Positions 36,501 through 44,947 of a DNA stretch of 51,932 nt are shown piece by piece. Source of the DNA: a virus (lineage: Duplodnaviria; Caudoviricetes); IMG/VR virus record IMGVR_UViG_3300035002_000025, positions 1-51,932 of that record. One strand, given 5' to 3'. Both the position numbers and the translations under genes were made by a program. Below the pieces are notes generated by a model that had not been told where the DNA came from, did not search any database, and saw only the letters and a list, made by a program, of their open reading frames with translations. Position 1 is the first letter of the stretch. Each line of letters starts with the position of its first letter.

Positions 36501-36642
36501 GATCGATGCGGGCAACTACGACATCTACGTTCAGTGGAGAGTCGGCGGTTGGGTCGGGTTTGTCATTACTGGCCAGCCCGACACCCTGATCTCCGGCTTC
36601 AAGTGGGGCGGAAACGTCAACGTCAAGGGTTACATCCGCTAG
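33556..36642 (+). CDS. Tail tip / host-specificity protein (gpJ-like)
   Basis: 1028 aa; VRGVPLYDLR, AAMNEAD, LEPNDFI; coiled coil then variable C-terminus. Confidence 0.88.
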   Translation: MNLLIAGLIALGLVLGTTTHASAGPLIAAGLMFLIPTLGATAAAVLGSVLALTIGLGMSYLAQKLLSKRPEQNVGGTTGRLQTGGVVSRSFPFGEKAIVSQSVPYANSFGQDGKTPNAYYVMDLALADLPVGGGNDCLAELWVNGSKVTWNPAGTPGPDGIAIPEFNKDGKDHLWVRVYDGTQTTADARLVELFGGDPDRPYDAGRVGTGMVKAVVTFRLNREVFGGVPSFKFVVRGVPLYDLREDDTAGGDGDQRWNSPEKWNLAPGNNGVVLYNVLRGIRYDGKWFFGGQTVSGQQIPASAWAAAMNEADIPTEKADGQFEPQFACSGEIRLDMEPAQVVKDLLMGCNGRLAEVGGVYKPHFGAAGSAVMSITDDDILITEGQTYEPFKSMAEQVNAVTAKYIEPGEGWTAKDAPALYDADLESEDGGRRQSVDVAYDYVVSGTQVQRLMASALAEARRERRHSIQLPPDAYPLEPNDFIVWSSERNGYVNKLFRIDAVQDLANGNVALNLTEVDPSDYDWDADTDEQPIVISPTPIVFPPSQGIAGADIEGVTVQGQGSRAKAGARLLWNGTDQDDVRAVAFQIRLNGETDLVYEGETTEASVAEGEYIVTANLLGATAYEGRLKFVPFSGRATVWSDWIDFTTPDVRVSYEEFDRRFRQANELTAGFIRDLNARLDNLGGAVASIESHTTTADLDQVERARRISASLGAAKASVKVVEQAVATLDLAFALFQVETEASIDAISAEGLLEFQQVVSPPTGAVSGARMLVKATDSGLFAEAGLEAYALAGMGGSPSGRVVLVGEKVFARDGIGGDPFPILDVSGRMLYTGLMPGSTVRVVNYPRDRIATGNVAVGSGNTAGGAGQNSLREVLMGSIDLPANTEAISGGTGNKVPVEVNARIDTDGQFGPYASTSSATFPYIQWRVIARPTGGGSDVVLIDDVMGATAATFGSSTTTAWYHHGQTIGTVFYPKWEKSNDAVIDAGNYDIYVQWRVGGWVGFVITGQPDTLISGFKWGGNVNVKGYIR

Positions 36643-36711
36643 CCCGCCGACCTCACCCGACATCCTTCGCTCCTGACGATCTTCCGCCCCCTCGGCGAGG
36701 AACACTGACCC

Positions 36712-38559
36712 ATGGCCAATCTCTACCCAGTCGGCTCGCAGCAGGCCTCGATCGCCAATGGCGCGACTGCGCTGACGATCACGGGGATTCTGCTGGAGCT
36801 TTCCGACGTCCTGCCGGGCGACGAGTTCTGCACGTCCGGGGCCTCGGCGCCGATCGCGACCGTCGATGACACCGGCGGCCACGCGTTGGCGATCCCGTGG
36901 CAGGGGACGACGGTTACGAGCTCCACCGCGTGGTGGATCAGGCGCGTCTCAGACCTGCGCTATTCCGGGTTTTTCATGGCACAGCAGGCGGCGATCGGCG
37001 CGGCGCGGCTGGCTAAGGTCATGGCGCAAGCGGTGCCGTGGGCCATCCTGTCGGAGACGAACACGCCGCCAAGCGATCCCGAAGAGGGCGATCGGCATTT
37101 AGTCAGCACCGCGCCGACCGGCGCATGGGCATCGAACGCGAAGAACATCGCGACCTGGCAGAACGGCGCGTGGGTCTTCGTCGCTCCGCGCATCTGCGAT
37201 CAGGCGAGCAACGGCGCAACGTCGATCATCAAGGTGTTCGACGGGTCCGATTGGAACGCGGCGTCCTCCGCGGACATCACCGATCCCGAGCTTCTCGCTC
37301 TGGCAGGGCTGACGTCGGCGGCGAACAAGCTGCCCTACTTCACGGGCAGCGGAACGGCCGCGCTGACCGATCTGACCGCTGCCGCGCGCGCGTTCCTCGA
37401 CGACGCCAGCTCGTCGGACATGCTGACGACGCTAGGCCTGTCTGCCAATGGCAAGAGCCTTGTGGCCGCCGCCAACTATGCCGCGATGAAGGTCTTGCTG
37501 GCCTACGCCGGGTCAGAGATCGCGAACACACCCGCTGGTACTGTTGCGGCCACGACGGTGCAGGCAGCCATCAACGAACTGGATGGCGAGAAGGCTTCAA
37601 AGGCCGGCGACACCTTTACCGGTCTCGTGACGATTAACACGAGCGGCCTCACCGCGCCTGCACCCCAAGCCAACACCGGCTCTCATATTGCGGGCCTTGC
37701 CGGATCTGTAGCGCGCGTGCTCGTCGACGCTGCCGGCAACCAAGCCTTTTACTCGCTGCGCCGTGTGAACGGATCCTTCGCCGCGCCGACAGGCCTTTTG
37801 GCCAGCGACACGATCGGCGGCTTTGGCTTCTCCGGCTATGATGGCGTGGCCTATGACATAGGCTCTCGCTGCAGCATCCGCGGCTTGGCGACCGAGAACT
37901 GGGGTGCGACGGCGAAGGGCACAGCCCTCATTATTCGGACCACCGTTAACGGCACGACGACCGAGGTCACGAGGGTTCAGATTGACAATAACGGCGACAC
38001 GACGCCGGGGGTCGACAATACCCAGAAGCTCGGTTCTGCGTCGTTCCGGTGGTCGGAGGTCTTCGCCGGCACAGGCACGATCAACACGTCGGACGAACAT
38101 GAGAAACATTGGCTAGGAGAGATATCCGCCGCCGAGATGCGCGTCGCCCGCCGCCTCTCCGGGCTGATGGGCATGTACCAGTGGAAGGATAGCATCGCCG
38201 CGAAGGGCGATGCGGCCCGCCGGCACATCGGCGTCACCGCGCAAGCGGTTGCTGCCGCCTTCGTCGCCGAGGGCCTCGACCCCGCCGCCTACGCCGTGTG
38301 GTGCCAGGATGAAGTGTACGACGTGCTGGTGTCATTCCGGCCTGGCATGCGCCAGGCCGTTGGCGATGATGGCAAGCCGCTGGTCGATGACAATGGCGTG
38401 CCGGTCCTCGATGCGTACGAGGAAGAGGTCATCGAGCGGGTGCCAACCGACCGCGTCCGCCAAGGCATCCGCTACGACCAGCTCTATGCCTTCGTGACGT
38501 CGGCTGCGCTTGCCGAGATGCGGGCTCTGTCCGATCGAATTGCAGCACTGGAGGGCTAA
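36712..38559 (+). CDS. Tail fibre with DUF2793-like and C-terminal S74 chaperone domains
   Basis: TPPSDPEEGDRHLV...GAW...WQNGAWVFVAP; NKLPYFTG repeat; TSDEHEK, HIGVTAQ, GIRYDQL. Confidence 0.88.
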   Translation: MANLYPVGSQQASIANGATALTITGILLELSDVLPGDEFCTSGASAPIATVDDTGGHALAIPWQGTTVTSSTAWWIRRVSDLRYSGFFMAQQAAIGAARLAKVMAQAVPWAILSETNTPPSDPEEGDRHLVSTAPTGAWASNAKNIATWQNGAWVFVAPRICDQASNGATSIIKVFDGSDWNAASSADITDPELLALAGLTSAANKLPYFTGSGTAALTDLTAAARAFLDDASSSDMLTTLGLSANGKSLVAAANYAAMKVLLAYAGSEIANTPAGTVAATTVQAAINELDGEKASKAGDTFTGLVTINTSGLTAPAPQANTGSHIAGLAGSVARVLVDAAGNQAFYSLRRVNGSFAAPTGLLASDTIGGFGFSGYDGVAYDIGSRCSIRGLATENWGATAKGTALIIRTTVNGTTTEVTRVQIDNNGDTTPGVDNTQKLGSASFRWSEVFAGTGTINTSDEHEKHWLGEISAAEMRVARRLSGLMGMYQWKDSIAAKGDAARRHIGVTAQAVAAAFVAEGLDPAAYAVWCQDEVYDVLVSFRPGMRQAVGDDGKPLVDDNGVPVLDAYEEEVIERVPTDRVRQGIRYDQLYAFVTSAALAEMRALSDRIAALEG

Positions 38560-40487
38560 CGTTCGGCCACACGCGGCACGGTTTGGATTTGCGCGATCCA
38601 TGCGACCCACGTCGGATCGCGAACGAGATTCTCACCCACGCGCCGCGCTCCCGCAGGCGCCAAGTGGACGTGATCGTGCATCAGGGGCTCTGAGCCGACG
38701 AATGCGCCGCATGGGTTCTCTGAACACAGCAGGCGGCTTGCATCGATCACGGGCACGCCGGCCGCGCGGAAGACGGCAAGCGAGCGCAGATGTGCATCTA
38801 ATTCTTCCCGGTCGTAGCCTATATCAGCCAGCGGCAGCCCCTCACGAACGTGCCGTGCAATCCGGTCGCGAAAGTCGCGAAATGGCGGCATGCCGGAAAT
38901 CACGAGGATCGGGATGCCGGATGGTCCCCAATAGTCGATGATCGCCTGCTGTTCTTCGGGTGGGATCGGGCCGCGCCAGTTGCTCGACAGGACGATGCCA
39001 TCAACCTGCTTGTTCAGGGCCAGCGCCATAGCGGCCGCAAGAATTTGCTCGCATTGAGGTCTGACCTGCGGGCCGGAGCGAACCCTGCAACTCGCACCGC
39101 CGAGATTGGCCGCCGGGAAACCGGCCAGTCGCATAGCCCACGCCTTGTCGGAGGCCATGCTGTCGCCGACCGTGAGGATGCGTGGCCGAAAGTCGCCGAT
39201 GTCCGAAAGGCAGTTCCACTGCGCGACGAAGACCTCGACCGGGGCGCCGATCGATTGCCAGTGGCACCTATCCATGCGGATACCGGCGTGTCTCGTCACA
39301 CGGGCCGCATCAATGCGCGCGAAAGCCGCAGAGACCGCCCCGTCCATTCGGCCCGGAAAGCCGTCGCGTAATTGGGTAGCGACTGACGCAGCACCGAGCA
39401 GGAGGGTCGAAGCCGCTGCCGCAACCGCGAAAGGCTTGAGCCGCAGCGATTGCGCGCGTCGAGCCGGCTGCTCAACGTAGCGCCACGACAAACCGGCGGC
39501 TGCGACTGCAGCCATGAGGGCCGCGGCGGTCTCGGGCGCGTCCAGGGGCCTGGCGAGCCATATCCGCGCGAAGGCCAGTACCGGCTGATGGAACAGGTAG
39601 AGAGAGTAGGAGATCAATCCAACCGCCACGACGGGCCGCGTAGAGAGCAGCCACCCCGCCGATTGGCGGCTCGATCCGAAAGCGATGATTGCGCAGGTTG
39701 CGAACACCGGGCCTAGCGTGGCGAAGCCGGGGTGCGAGCCTTGCGGCCAGACGCTCATCGCACTGGCGACGATAACACCCAACCCGACGGCGGAAATCCA
39801 CGGCGCCGAGGCCATTGACGAGAGGTCGGGTGATCCGGCCGTTCGGCGGCGCAGCTCGCCGACCGCCAGCAGCGCGCCGGCCGTCAGTTCCCACAGCCTG
39901 GTCGGCAGAAGGTAGAACGAGGCGTCAACGCTTCGGCTCGTCAGCACCGCAGCTGCGACGAAAGACGCTGCGGCTAGCGCCGCGAGCAGCGCGATTTTGG
40001 TTTGATCCGACGCGCGGCCGATGGCCAGCAGCGCAAGCGGATACACGAGATAGAACTGTTCCTCGACCGCGAGGCTCCACGTATGGAGCAGGGGCAGGAG
40101 CTGCGCGCTGGTGGCGAAATACTCGGCCTGAAGCCAATAGACGATGTTCGAACCGAACAGCAGCGCGGCGGCGAGGTGGCCGGCGAACTCGACCAGCACT
40201 GGCGGCGCCATGATGAACCATGCAGCGACCAGTGACAGCCCGCAGGTCAGCAGCAGCGCCGGCAGGATGCGTCGAGCGCGCCGCTCATAGAAATGCGCGA
40301 GCGAAAAGCGACCGGCTTGCAGGTCTGTCCAGATGAGCCCGGTGATCAAGTAGCCACTGATCACGAAGAAGACGTCGACGCCGAGGAAGCCGTTGGCGAA
40401 GCCGGGCACACCGGCATGAAACAGGACGACCGCGGCGACCGCCACGGCGCGAAGACCATCAATTTCTGGCCGGTAAGGCGCGCTCAT
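38556..40487 (-). CDS. O-acyltransferase (Acyl_transf_3 plus SGNH; OafA/OatA-like)
   Basis: YRPEIDGLRAVAV, GVDVFFVISGYLI, HTWSLAVEEQFY; SGNH VGDSMA and DHVHL; about 10 TM segments. Confidence 0.93.
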   Translation of the reverse strand: MSAPYRPEIDGLRAVAVAAVVLFHAGVPGFANGFLGVDVFFVISGYLITGLIWTDLQAGRFSLAHFYERRARRILPALLLTCGLSLVAAWFIMAPPVLVEFAGHLAAALLFGSNIVYWLQAEYFATSAQLLPLLHTWSLAVEEQFYLVYPLALLAIGRASDQTKIALLAALAAASFVAAAVLTSRSVDASFYLLPTRLWELTAGALLAVGELRRRTAGSPDLSSMASAPWISAVGLGVIVASAMSVWPQGSHPGFATLGPVFATCAIIAFGSSRQSAGWLLSTRPVVAVGLISYSLYLFHQPVLAFARIWLARPLDAPETAAALMAAVAAAGLSWRYVEQPARRAQSLRLKPFAVAAAASTLLLGAASVATQLRDGFPGRMDGAVSAAFARIDAARVTRHAGIRMDRCHWQSIGAPVEVFVAQWNCLSDIGDFRPRILTVGDSMASDKAWAMRLAGFPAANLGGASCRVRSGPQVRPQCEQILAAAMALALNKQVDGIVLSSNWRGPIPPEEQQAIIDYWGPSGIPILVISGMPPFRDFRDRIARHVREGLPLADIGYDREELDAHLRSLAVFRAAGVPVIDASRLLCSENPCGAFVGSEPLMHDHVHLAPAGARRVGENLVRDPTWVAWIAQIQTVPRVAER

Positions 40488-40777
40488 CAAGGCGACTTGT
40501 AGCGCGCTACCCGGCCCCTCGTCACGAGGCACCCTTGCACAGCCCTGACGTTGCCGCCGCGCTGGTCACCGACCCGGCGCTGAGGTCTTTGCACGTCAGA
40601 TGGCTTCATTCGTTCGCATGACGGAAACGACGGCAGATTGCCGCATGTTCTCAGGGTTGAGCGAAAGCCCCACCCCAACTCTCGCTCGACTGACCATGCC
40701 AGGGATCGGCGAATTGCAATGGGTTTCGCTGCTCCTGCGACCCGTCCGATGCTCGCGCCTCGGGCGGGTTTCGCGTG

Positions 40778-40897
40778 TCAGCGCCAGTAGGTTGCGGCCT
40801 CCGCCGCGAGCGGCAGCAACAGCGCCAGCCCGCCCATCAGTAGGTTCGCCAGCCGCTCGCGCGACCACCAGCGCGGTCGCTCGCTCTTACTCTTCAT
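40778..40897 (-). CDS. Possible 39-aa membrane peptide
   Basis: MKSKSERPRWWSRERLANLLMGGLALLLPLAAEAATYWR; GGAG RBS. Confidence 0.4.
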   Translation of the reverse strand: MKSKSERPRWWSRERLANLLMGGLALLLPLAAEAATYWR

Positions 40898-40951
40898 CAT
40901 GGTCTCCAGCCCCGCCGCGAACCTAGCGTCCCGCTGCCCGCAGGCAACCCC

Positions 40952-41059
40952 ATGGACCGCATAGCCATCATCGCCACCGGCCTCGCGGTCGGGGGAGCGC
41001 TCCTGTTCTGGGCGCTCGACCAGGCGCGACTTCTTCACAACCGAAAGGACGAGCCATGA
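40952..41059 (+). CDS. 35-aa single-TM peptide coupled to endolysin (not in ORF track)
   Basis: MDRIAIIATGLAVGGALLFWALDQARLLHNRKDEP; ATGA overlap with endolysin start. Confidence 0.5.
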   Translation: MDRIAIIATGLAVGGALLFWALDQARLLHNRKDEP

Positions 41060-42234
41060 CCACGTGGCCCCAGCAGAAGGACTGCGACCGCTTCTACGGC
41101 AACCCGCGCGGCTTGAACGGCGGGCCGTCGGCGAAGTGGGAGGCGGCCAACCTCGTCTCGATCAAGCCGCCATACCGCATGACTTATGCCGGCAAGCCGA
41201 TCTCCGGGATTCGCGTCCATAAGAAGTGCGCCGAAAGCCTGAAGAACGTCCTCGACCGCATCTGGGAGGCCGCAGGCCAAGACCAAGCGACTGTCGACCG
41301 TTGGGGCGCGTCGATCTATGGCGGGGCCTACAACTACCGCCTGATGCGCGGCGGCAATTCGCTGTCCATGCATTCGTGGGGCTGTGCGATCGATCTCGAC
41401 CCGGCCCGCAACGGGCTCGGCGATCAGACCCCGCATTTCGCCAACGTTCCGGAGGTGCTGGAGGCATTCGCGGCCGAGGGCTGGGAATGGGGCGGCGACT
41501 GGTCACGCCGTGACGGGATGCACTGGCAAGCGGCGTGGACGCGGGCTCAGCCCGCACGGGTCGGTCGCTCCACGCCGATGCGCGCGTTCAGCGTGCGGGC
41601 CGAAGACGTCGGCGTGGTCGAGGAGGAGCCGGCTGACGCGCTGGCAGGCGTCGAGCCCGGCATGGCCGACGATGTTCAGGTGATCCCGCAGGCGCCATTG
41701 CGTGTTCGGCAGTGGACCAAGGAGCAGGTCGAGGAGTTCCAGCGAAAGCTCGCCGATCTTGGCTATGACCCGGGCGGTATCGACGGCCGGCCTGGCACCC
41801 TCACGAAAGGCGCTGTCACCCGAATGCAGGCCGTCAACGGCGTGTTCCCCGCCAGTGGCGAGCTCGATGTGGCAACCGTCGAGCTGCTGATGGGCCCGAC
41901 CGTCAAGCCGATGCAGGTCTCGGCCGAACGCGCCGCGGCGACGTCGGCGCAGATCGCTGCCAAGGTGCCCGTCGCTCGCGAGGTTCGGCGGTCCTGGCTG
42001 GCGCAGGGCTGGGCCTATGTCACCGGTCTCGCGGCATACGGTGTCGCCAACGTCCGCCAGCAGGTCGGCGACGCGATCGAGACCGTGAAGCCGTTCACCG
42101 ATTGGCTGGGAACCAACGTCACCCCCGGCATGGTGATCGGCGCCGTCGCGGTCGTCGCGCTGTTCGGCACCTATCAGGCATGGCGCGCGAACAGCCGGGC
42201 GGATGACGCCTACAAGACGGGCAAGCTCGGATGA
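41056..42234 (+). CDS. Endolysin: M15 peptidase, PG-binding domain, C-terminal hydrophobic helices
   Basis: SMHSWGCAIDL, WGGDW..RDGMHWQ; LGYDPGGIDGRPG..T..AV..MQ. Confidence 0.9.
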   Translation: MTTWPQQKDCDRFYGNPRGLNGGPSAKWEAANLVSIKPPYRMTYAGKPISGIRVHKKCAESLKNVLDRIWEAAGQDQATVDRWGASIYGGAYNYRLMRGGNSLSMHSWGCAIDLDPARNGLGDQTPHFANVPEVLEAFAAEGWEWGGDWSRRDGMHWQAAWTRAQPARVGRSTPMRAFSVRAEDVGVVEEEPADALAGVEPGMADDVQVIPQAPLRVRQWTKEQVEEFQRKLADLGYDPGGIDGRPGTLTKGAVTRMQAVNGVFPASGELDVATVELLMGPTVKPMQVSAERAAATSAQIAAKVPVAREVRRSWLAQGWAYVTGLAAYGVANVRQQVGDAIETVKPFTDWLGTNVTPGMVIGAVAVVALFGTYQAWRANSRADDAYKTGKLG

Positions 42235-42584
42235 TCGGCGCGCTCCTCGGGCGCTTCATTGCGCCCTTCGCAATGCCACTGCTCGGCGTCGCCCTAGCGG
42301 CGACTCCCGTCGTCTATGTGAAGGGCCGGATCGACGGCGTGCAGATGGAGCGCGCTCGGAGCAACGTCGCGGCGTTGCGCGCGGCGCTGGCCACCCGCAC
42401 CGCCGACCTCGCCATCGCCAACAACCTCGCCGAACAGGCCGCCCGCGACCGGCAGGCCGAGCGAGACGCTGTCACCGCCCAGGAGGACAAGATCCGTGAC
42501 TACGAACGCGCTCTCGCGACACGCCCGGCCGGCGCTTGTCGCCTTACTGACGACGATGTGCGGCGCCTGCGCTCACTCCGGTAG
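42231..42584 (+). CDS. Rz-like inner spanin
   Basis: N-terminal TM, coiled coil, C-terminal Cys; follows endolysin. Confidence 0.7.
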   Translation: MIGALLGRFIAPFAMPLLGVALAATPVVYVKGRIDGVQMERARSNVAALRAALATRTADLAIANNLAEQAARDRQAERDAVTAQEDKIRDYERALATRPAGACRLTDDDVRRLRSLR

Positions 42585-42789
42585 CCCGGCGCCGACGACG
42601 CGATCGATGCCATCCGAGACGCAGCTGGTCGGCGACCAGGTGCCGAGGCCGGAGCCGCGGGCGGGCGAAGACGCTCGAACCCACGCCGGCCGGCTGCGAA
42701 TTGCGCTCAACGTCTGCAACGACCGGCTCGGTGCGTCGCGGGTGCGCGTTGGCCAGGTGCGTCGGGCCTTGGCGGGTCAGGGAGGCTGA
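42496..42789 (+). CDS. Rz1-like outer spanin lipoprotein
   Basis: Overlaps Rz in another frame; hydrophobic leader ending CGAC; Pro-rich body. Confidence 0.6.
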   Translation: MTTNALSRHARPALVALLTTMCGACAHSGSPAPTTRSMPSETQLVGDQVPRPEPRAGEDARTHAGRLRIALNVCNDRLGASRVRVGQVRRALAGQGG

Positions 42790-42790
42790 C

Positions 42791-43258
42791 ATGGCGATTT
42801 ATGCGCAGATCCACCGTGGCGTGGTCGACCACTTTCCGGCCCGCGTCTCCGAATGGATCCTCGCCGGCGTGATGGTCTCGTGGGGCTGGCGGGTGCTCCA
42901 GCCGGGCGAGATGTTCGCCGCGACGCCAGCTTTCCGGGAGATGGCCCGCATGGCACCCGAGGAAGTGTGGGGGCTTGCCGCCATCGTCATCGGCCTGGTG
43001 CGGCTCGCCGCCCTGGTGATCAACGGCACCTTCGCCAGCACATGGTACGGCCGGTGGTCGCCTCACGTCCGCGGCGTCATGTCGGCCCTGTCGATGTTCA
43101 TCTTCGTATCGATCAGCATCGGCCTCTGGCTCTCGGGGGCGGAAAACACCGGCATGGCAGTGTATCCGTGGCTGGCGGTGCTCGACTTCTGGAATGTCCG
43201 CCGCGCCTTTCAGGATGCCGGCGGTCTCGACGAGGGCCGCCGAAATGGACCTGCTTAA
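42791..43258 (+). CDS. Multi-TM membrane protein, putative holin
   Basis: 3-4 TM segments; GGAGG RBS; in lysis cassette. Confidence 0.6.
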   Translation: MAIYAQIHRGVVDHFPARVSEWILAGVMVSWGWRVLQPGEMFAATPAFREMARMAPEEVWGLAAIVIGLVRLAALVINGTFASTWYGRWSPHVRGVMSALSMFIFVSISIGLWLSGAENTGMAVYPWLAVLDFWNVRRAFQDAGGLDEGRRNGPA

Positions 43259-43613
43259 TCTCCCCGCGCAGCAGATCGTCATCTACCTCGCGATCGGGAT
43301 CGGCACGGCGATCGCCGCCGCCTTGTCCTACCAGAAGGGGAAGAAGGAGCAGGCGGAGCCGGCGAAGGACGTCATCATCCGCGAGGCGTCGATCGCCGAC
43401 TGGGGCGTGATGCGCGAGATCGCCACCCACGCCAAGGCGGGCAACGCGCTGCTCGGTGAGATCCGCGGGATGCTGGCCGAGGAATTCCGCAAGCGTGCCG
43501 AGCGCGAGGAAGAGGCACGCGATGCCGAGCTGGCCCGCCTGCGGCAGGTCGAAGCCGAGATGAAGGCCAAAGAAGCGCGCGAGGGCTTCCGACCGCCGCG
43601 ACGCGGCAGGTGA
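43245..43613 (+). CDS. Single-TM coiled-coil protein of lysis cassette
   Basis: IVIYLAIGIGTAIAAALSY followed by charged coiled coil. Confidence 0.6.
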   Translation: MDLLNLPAQQIVIYLAIGIGTAIAAALSYQKGKKEQAEPAKDVIIREASIADWGVMREIATHAKAGNALLGEIRGMLAEEFRKRAEREEEARDAELARLRQVEAEMKAKEAREGFRPPRRGR

Positions 43614-43652
43614 TAGCAACGTCCCCTCCAGCAGTGCATGACCTCCCGACTG

Positions 43653-43686
43653 GCCCGCCGTCCCTCCTGGGGCGGCGGGCTTTTTC
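43653..43686 (+). terminator. Intrinsic terminator ending late operon
   Basis: 12-bp stem GCCCGCCGTCCC/GGGGCGGCGGGC then TTTTT. Confidence 0.85.
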
Positions 43687-43692
43687 GTTCGC

Positions 43693-43717
43693 GGAACCGG
43701 AGGGCCGCCTGCGCATT
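43693..43717 (+). promoter_or_regulatory. EcfG-type promoter
   Basis: GGAAC-N16-CATT immediately after terminator, 28 nt upstream of GTG 43746. Confidence 0.6.
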
Positions 43718-43745
43718 GAGTCGCGAATCGTCGGAGTAGCGTGTG

Positions 43746-44138
43746 GTGGCGTCTTGGGATGTCGAGTTGGCGGAGCCGATTGCGCTGAAGCGCGGGGGTG
43801 GCCGATTCCGAACGTTGCGCGACGCGGCGGTCTTCCTCCACGAGCGCCATAGCACGAGCCGCAGCGGTGCCCTGTCGGCTGCGCTGCGGGGTCTGATGGC
43901 CGCGGCCTAGGGTCCGACGCCGGCGGCAGTTCAGCGCGCCACCGACCAGTTCGCCGCCTTCCTGTCGCAGGAAGGTCTCGCCGAAGGGCGTGCACCGAGT
44001 GTCTCGGGCGGTACCGACCTAAAGAGCCGGATCAGGGCCATGCTGATGGGCAAGCCGCTGTCGGCCGCGGCCAAGGCGGTGCGCACCGTCGGGAGAACGG
44101 CAAGGAAAAAGCCCGCCCGCGGTCCTCGGAGAGGTTGA
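43746..44138 (+). pseudogene. DUF982-like gene interrupted by an in-frame TAG
   Basis: MASWDVELAEPIALKRGGGRFRTLRDAAVFL...LMAAA*GPTPAAVQRATDQFAAFLSQEGL...; TAG at 43908-43910; GGAG RBS. Confidence 0.6.
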
Positions 44139-44224
44139 GGTGCCGACGGGCCGACCTCGGCGGCCAAGCCCCCGGCGTCACTTGCGCACCGGAACGCGCG
44201 GCAGGATAGCCCGTTCCATCCAGC

Positions 44225-44461
44225 CTACACTTGGCGCTCGCGAACGATCTCGGTGGCCTTGGCGCGAGCTGCCGCTTCCGCATCCGGCAACGAGTGTCCG
44301 GCCTGCGCTTGAGCCATCAGCGCTTCGGCGATCCGGTCGCGTGCTTCCTTATCGTCGAGGCCGAAGTGGAAGTCCTCGCAGACGCGCTCGAATACATGCT
44401 GCATGAGCGAGAACTGGGCGGGGGTCAGAAGGTTGGGAATGAAGGTCGACGTGTTCCGCAT
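44225..44461 (-). CDS. Small hypothetical protein of a Rhizobiales-type family
   Basis: LTPAQFSLMQHVFERVC...ARDRIAEALM..AQAG; GAGG RBS. Confidence 0.65.
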   Translation of the reverse strand: MRNTSTFIPNLLTPAQFSLMQHVFERVCEDFHFGLDDKEARDRIAEALMAQAQAGHSLPDAEAAARAKATEIVRERQV

Positions 44462-44525
44462 GAGCCGCCTCACATGAAATGAAACGGCGCATAGATAGGC
44501 AGCGAATGGAATTTGAAAAGACCCC

Positions 44526-44774
44526 TTAGCCGCGATCTGACTTGAGTGTTTCGTCAGTGAGCGAGGAGGTGAAGCGCGCGAGCGACCGGCGCAAATTCGC
44601 GGCGTCGCGTTGTCCGCTGACCACCAAGGCGATCAGAAAGTCCTCGGCGAGATGCAGCGCGGTGGGCGACATGGTCGCGCTGGCTTCCTCCAGGACTGCC
44701 ACGATCACAGCGACATCGGCTGCGGGAATGACAGCATCGTTGGTCACGAGGCAGAGGTCAGTTGTTTCGCCCAT
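44526..44774 (-). CDS. Small hypothetical protein
   Basis: AEDFLIALVVSGQRDAANL; TACCTT 7 nt before ATG suggests leaderless. Confidence 0.55.
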   Translation of the reverse strand: MGETTDLCLVTNDAVIPAADVAVIVAVLEEASATMSPTALHLAEDFLIALVVSGQRDAANLRRSLARFTSSLTDETLKSDRG

Positions 44775-44947
44775 GCGGCATAAGGTACACCCAGCCGGAG
44801 CGAAGCGGTAAAAAATCGCAGTTATTCAATGCTGTAGCATGCGCCGGCGGCGGCGCTGGCGGCAAATGAGTAACGCTTCGGCAAGCGCTGTTGTGGCCTG
44901 GAGCGCTATTCTGTTCCCTAGCCGATCGGCATCAGGGTGTCAGCCAG

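Noticed and set aside
40626-40651. AGAAC-N17-CGTT as an EcfG promoter for the acyltransferase
   Set aside because: Mismatch in the -35 and about 140 nt from the likely start; too weak to call
43908-43910. Genome-wide amber recoding
   Set aside because: Several genes end normally in TAG (e.g. 6134, 6466, 27626) and no suppressor tRNA is visible
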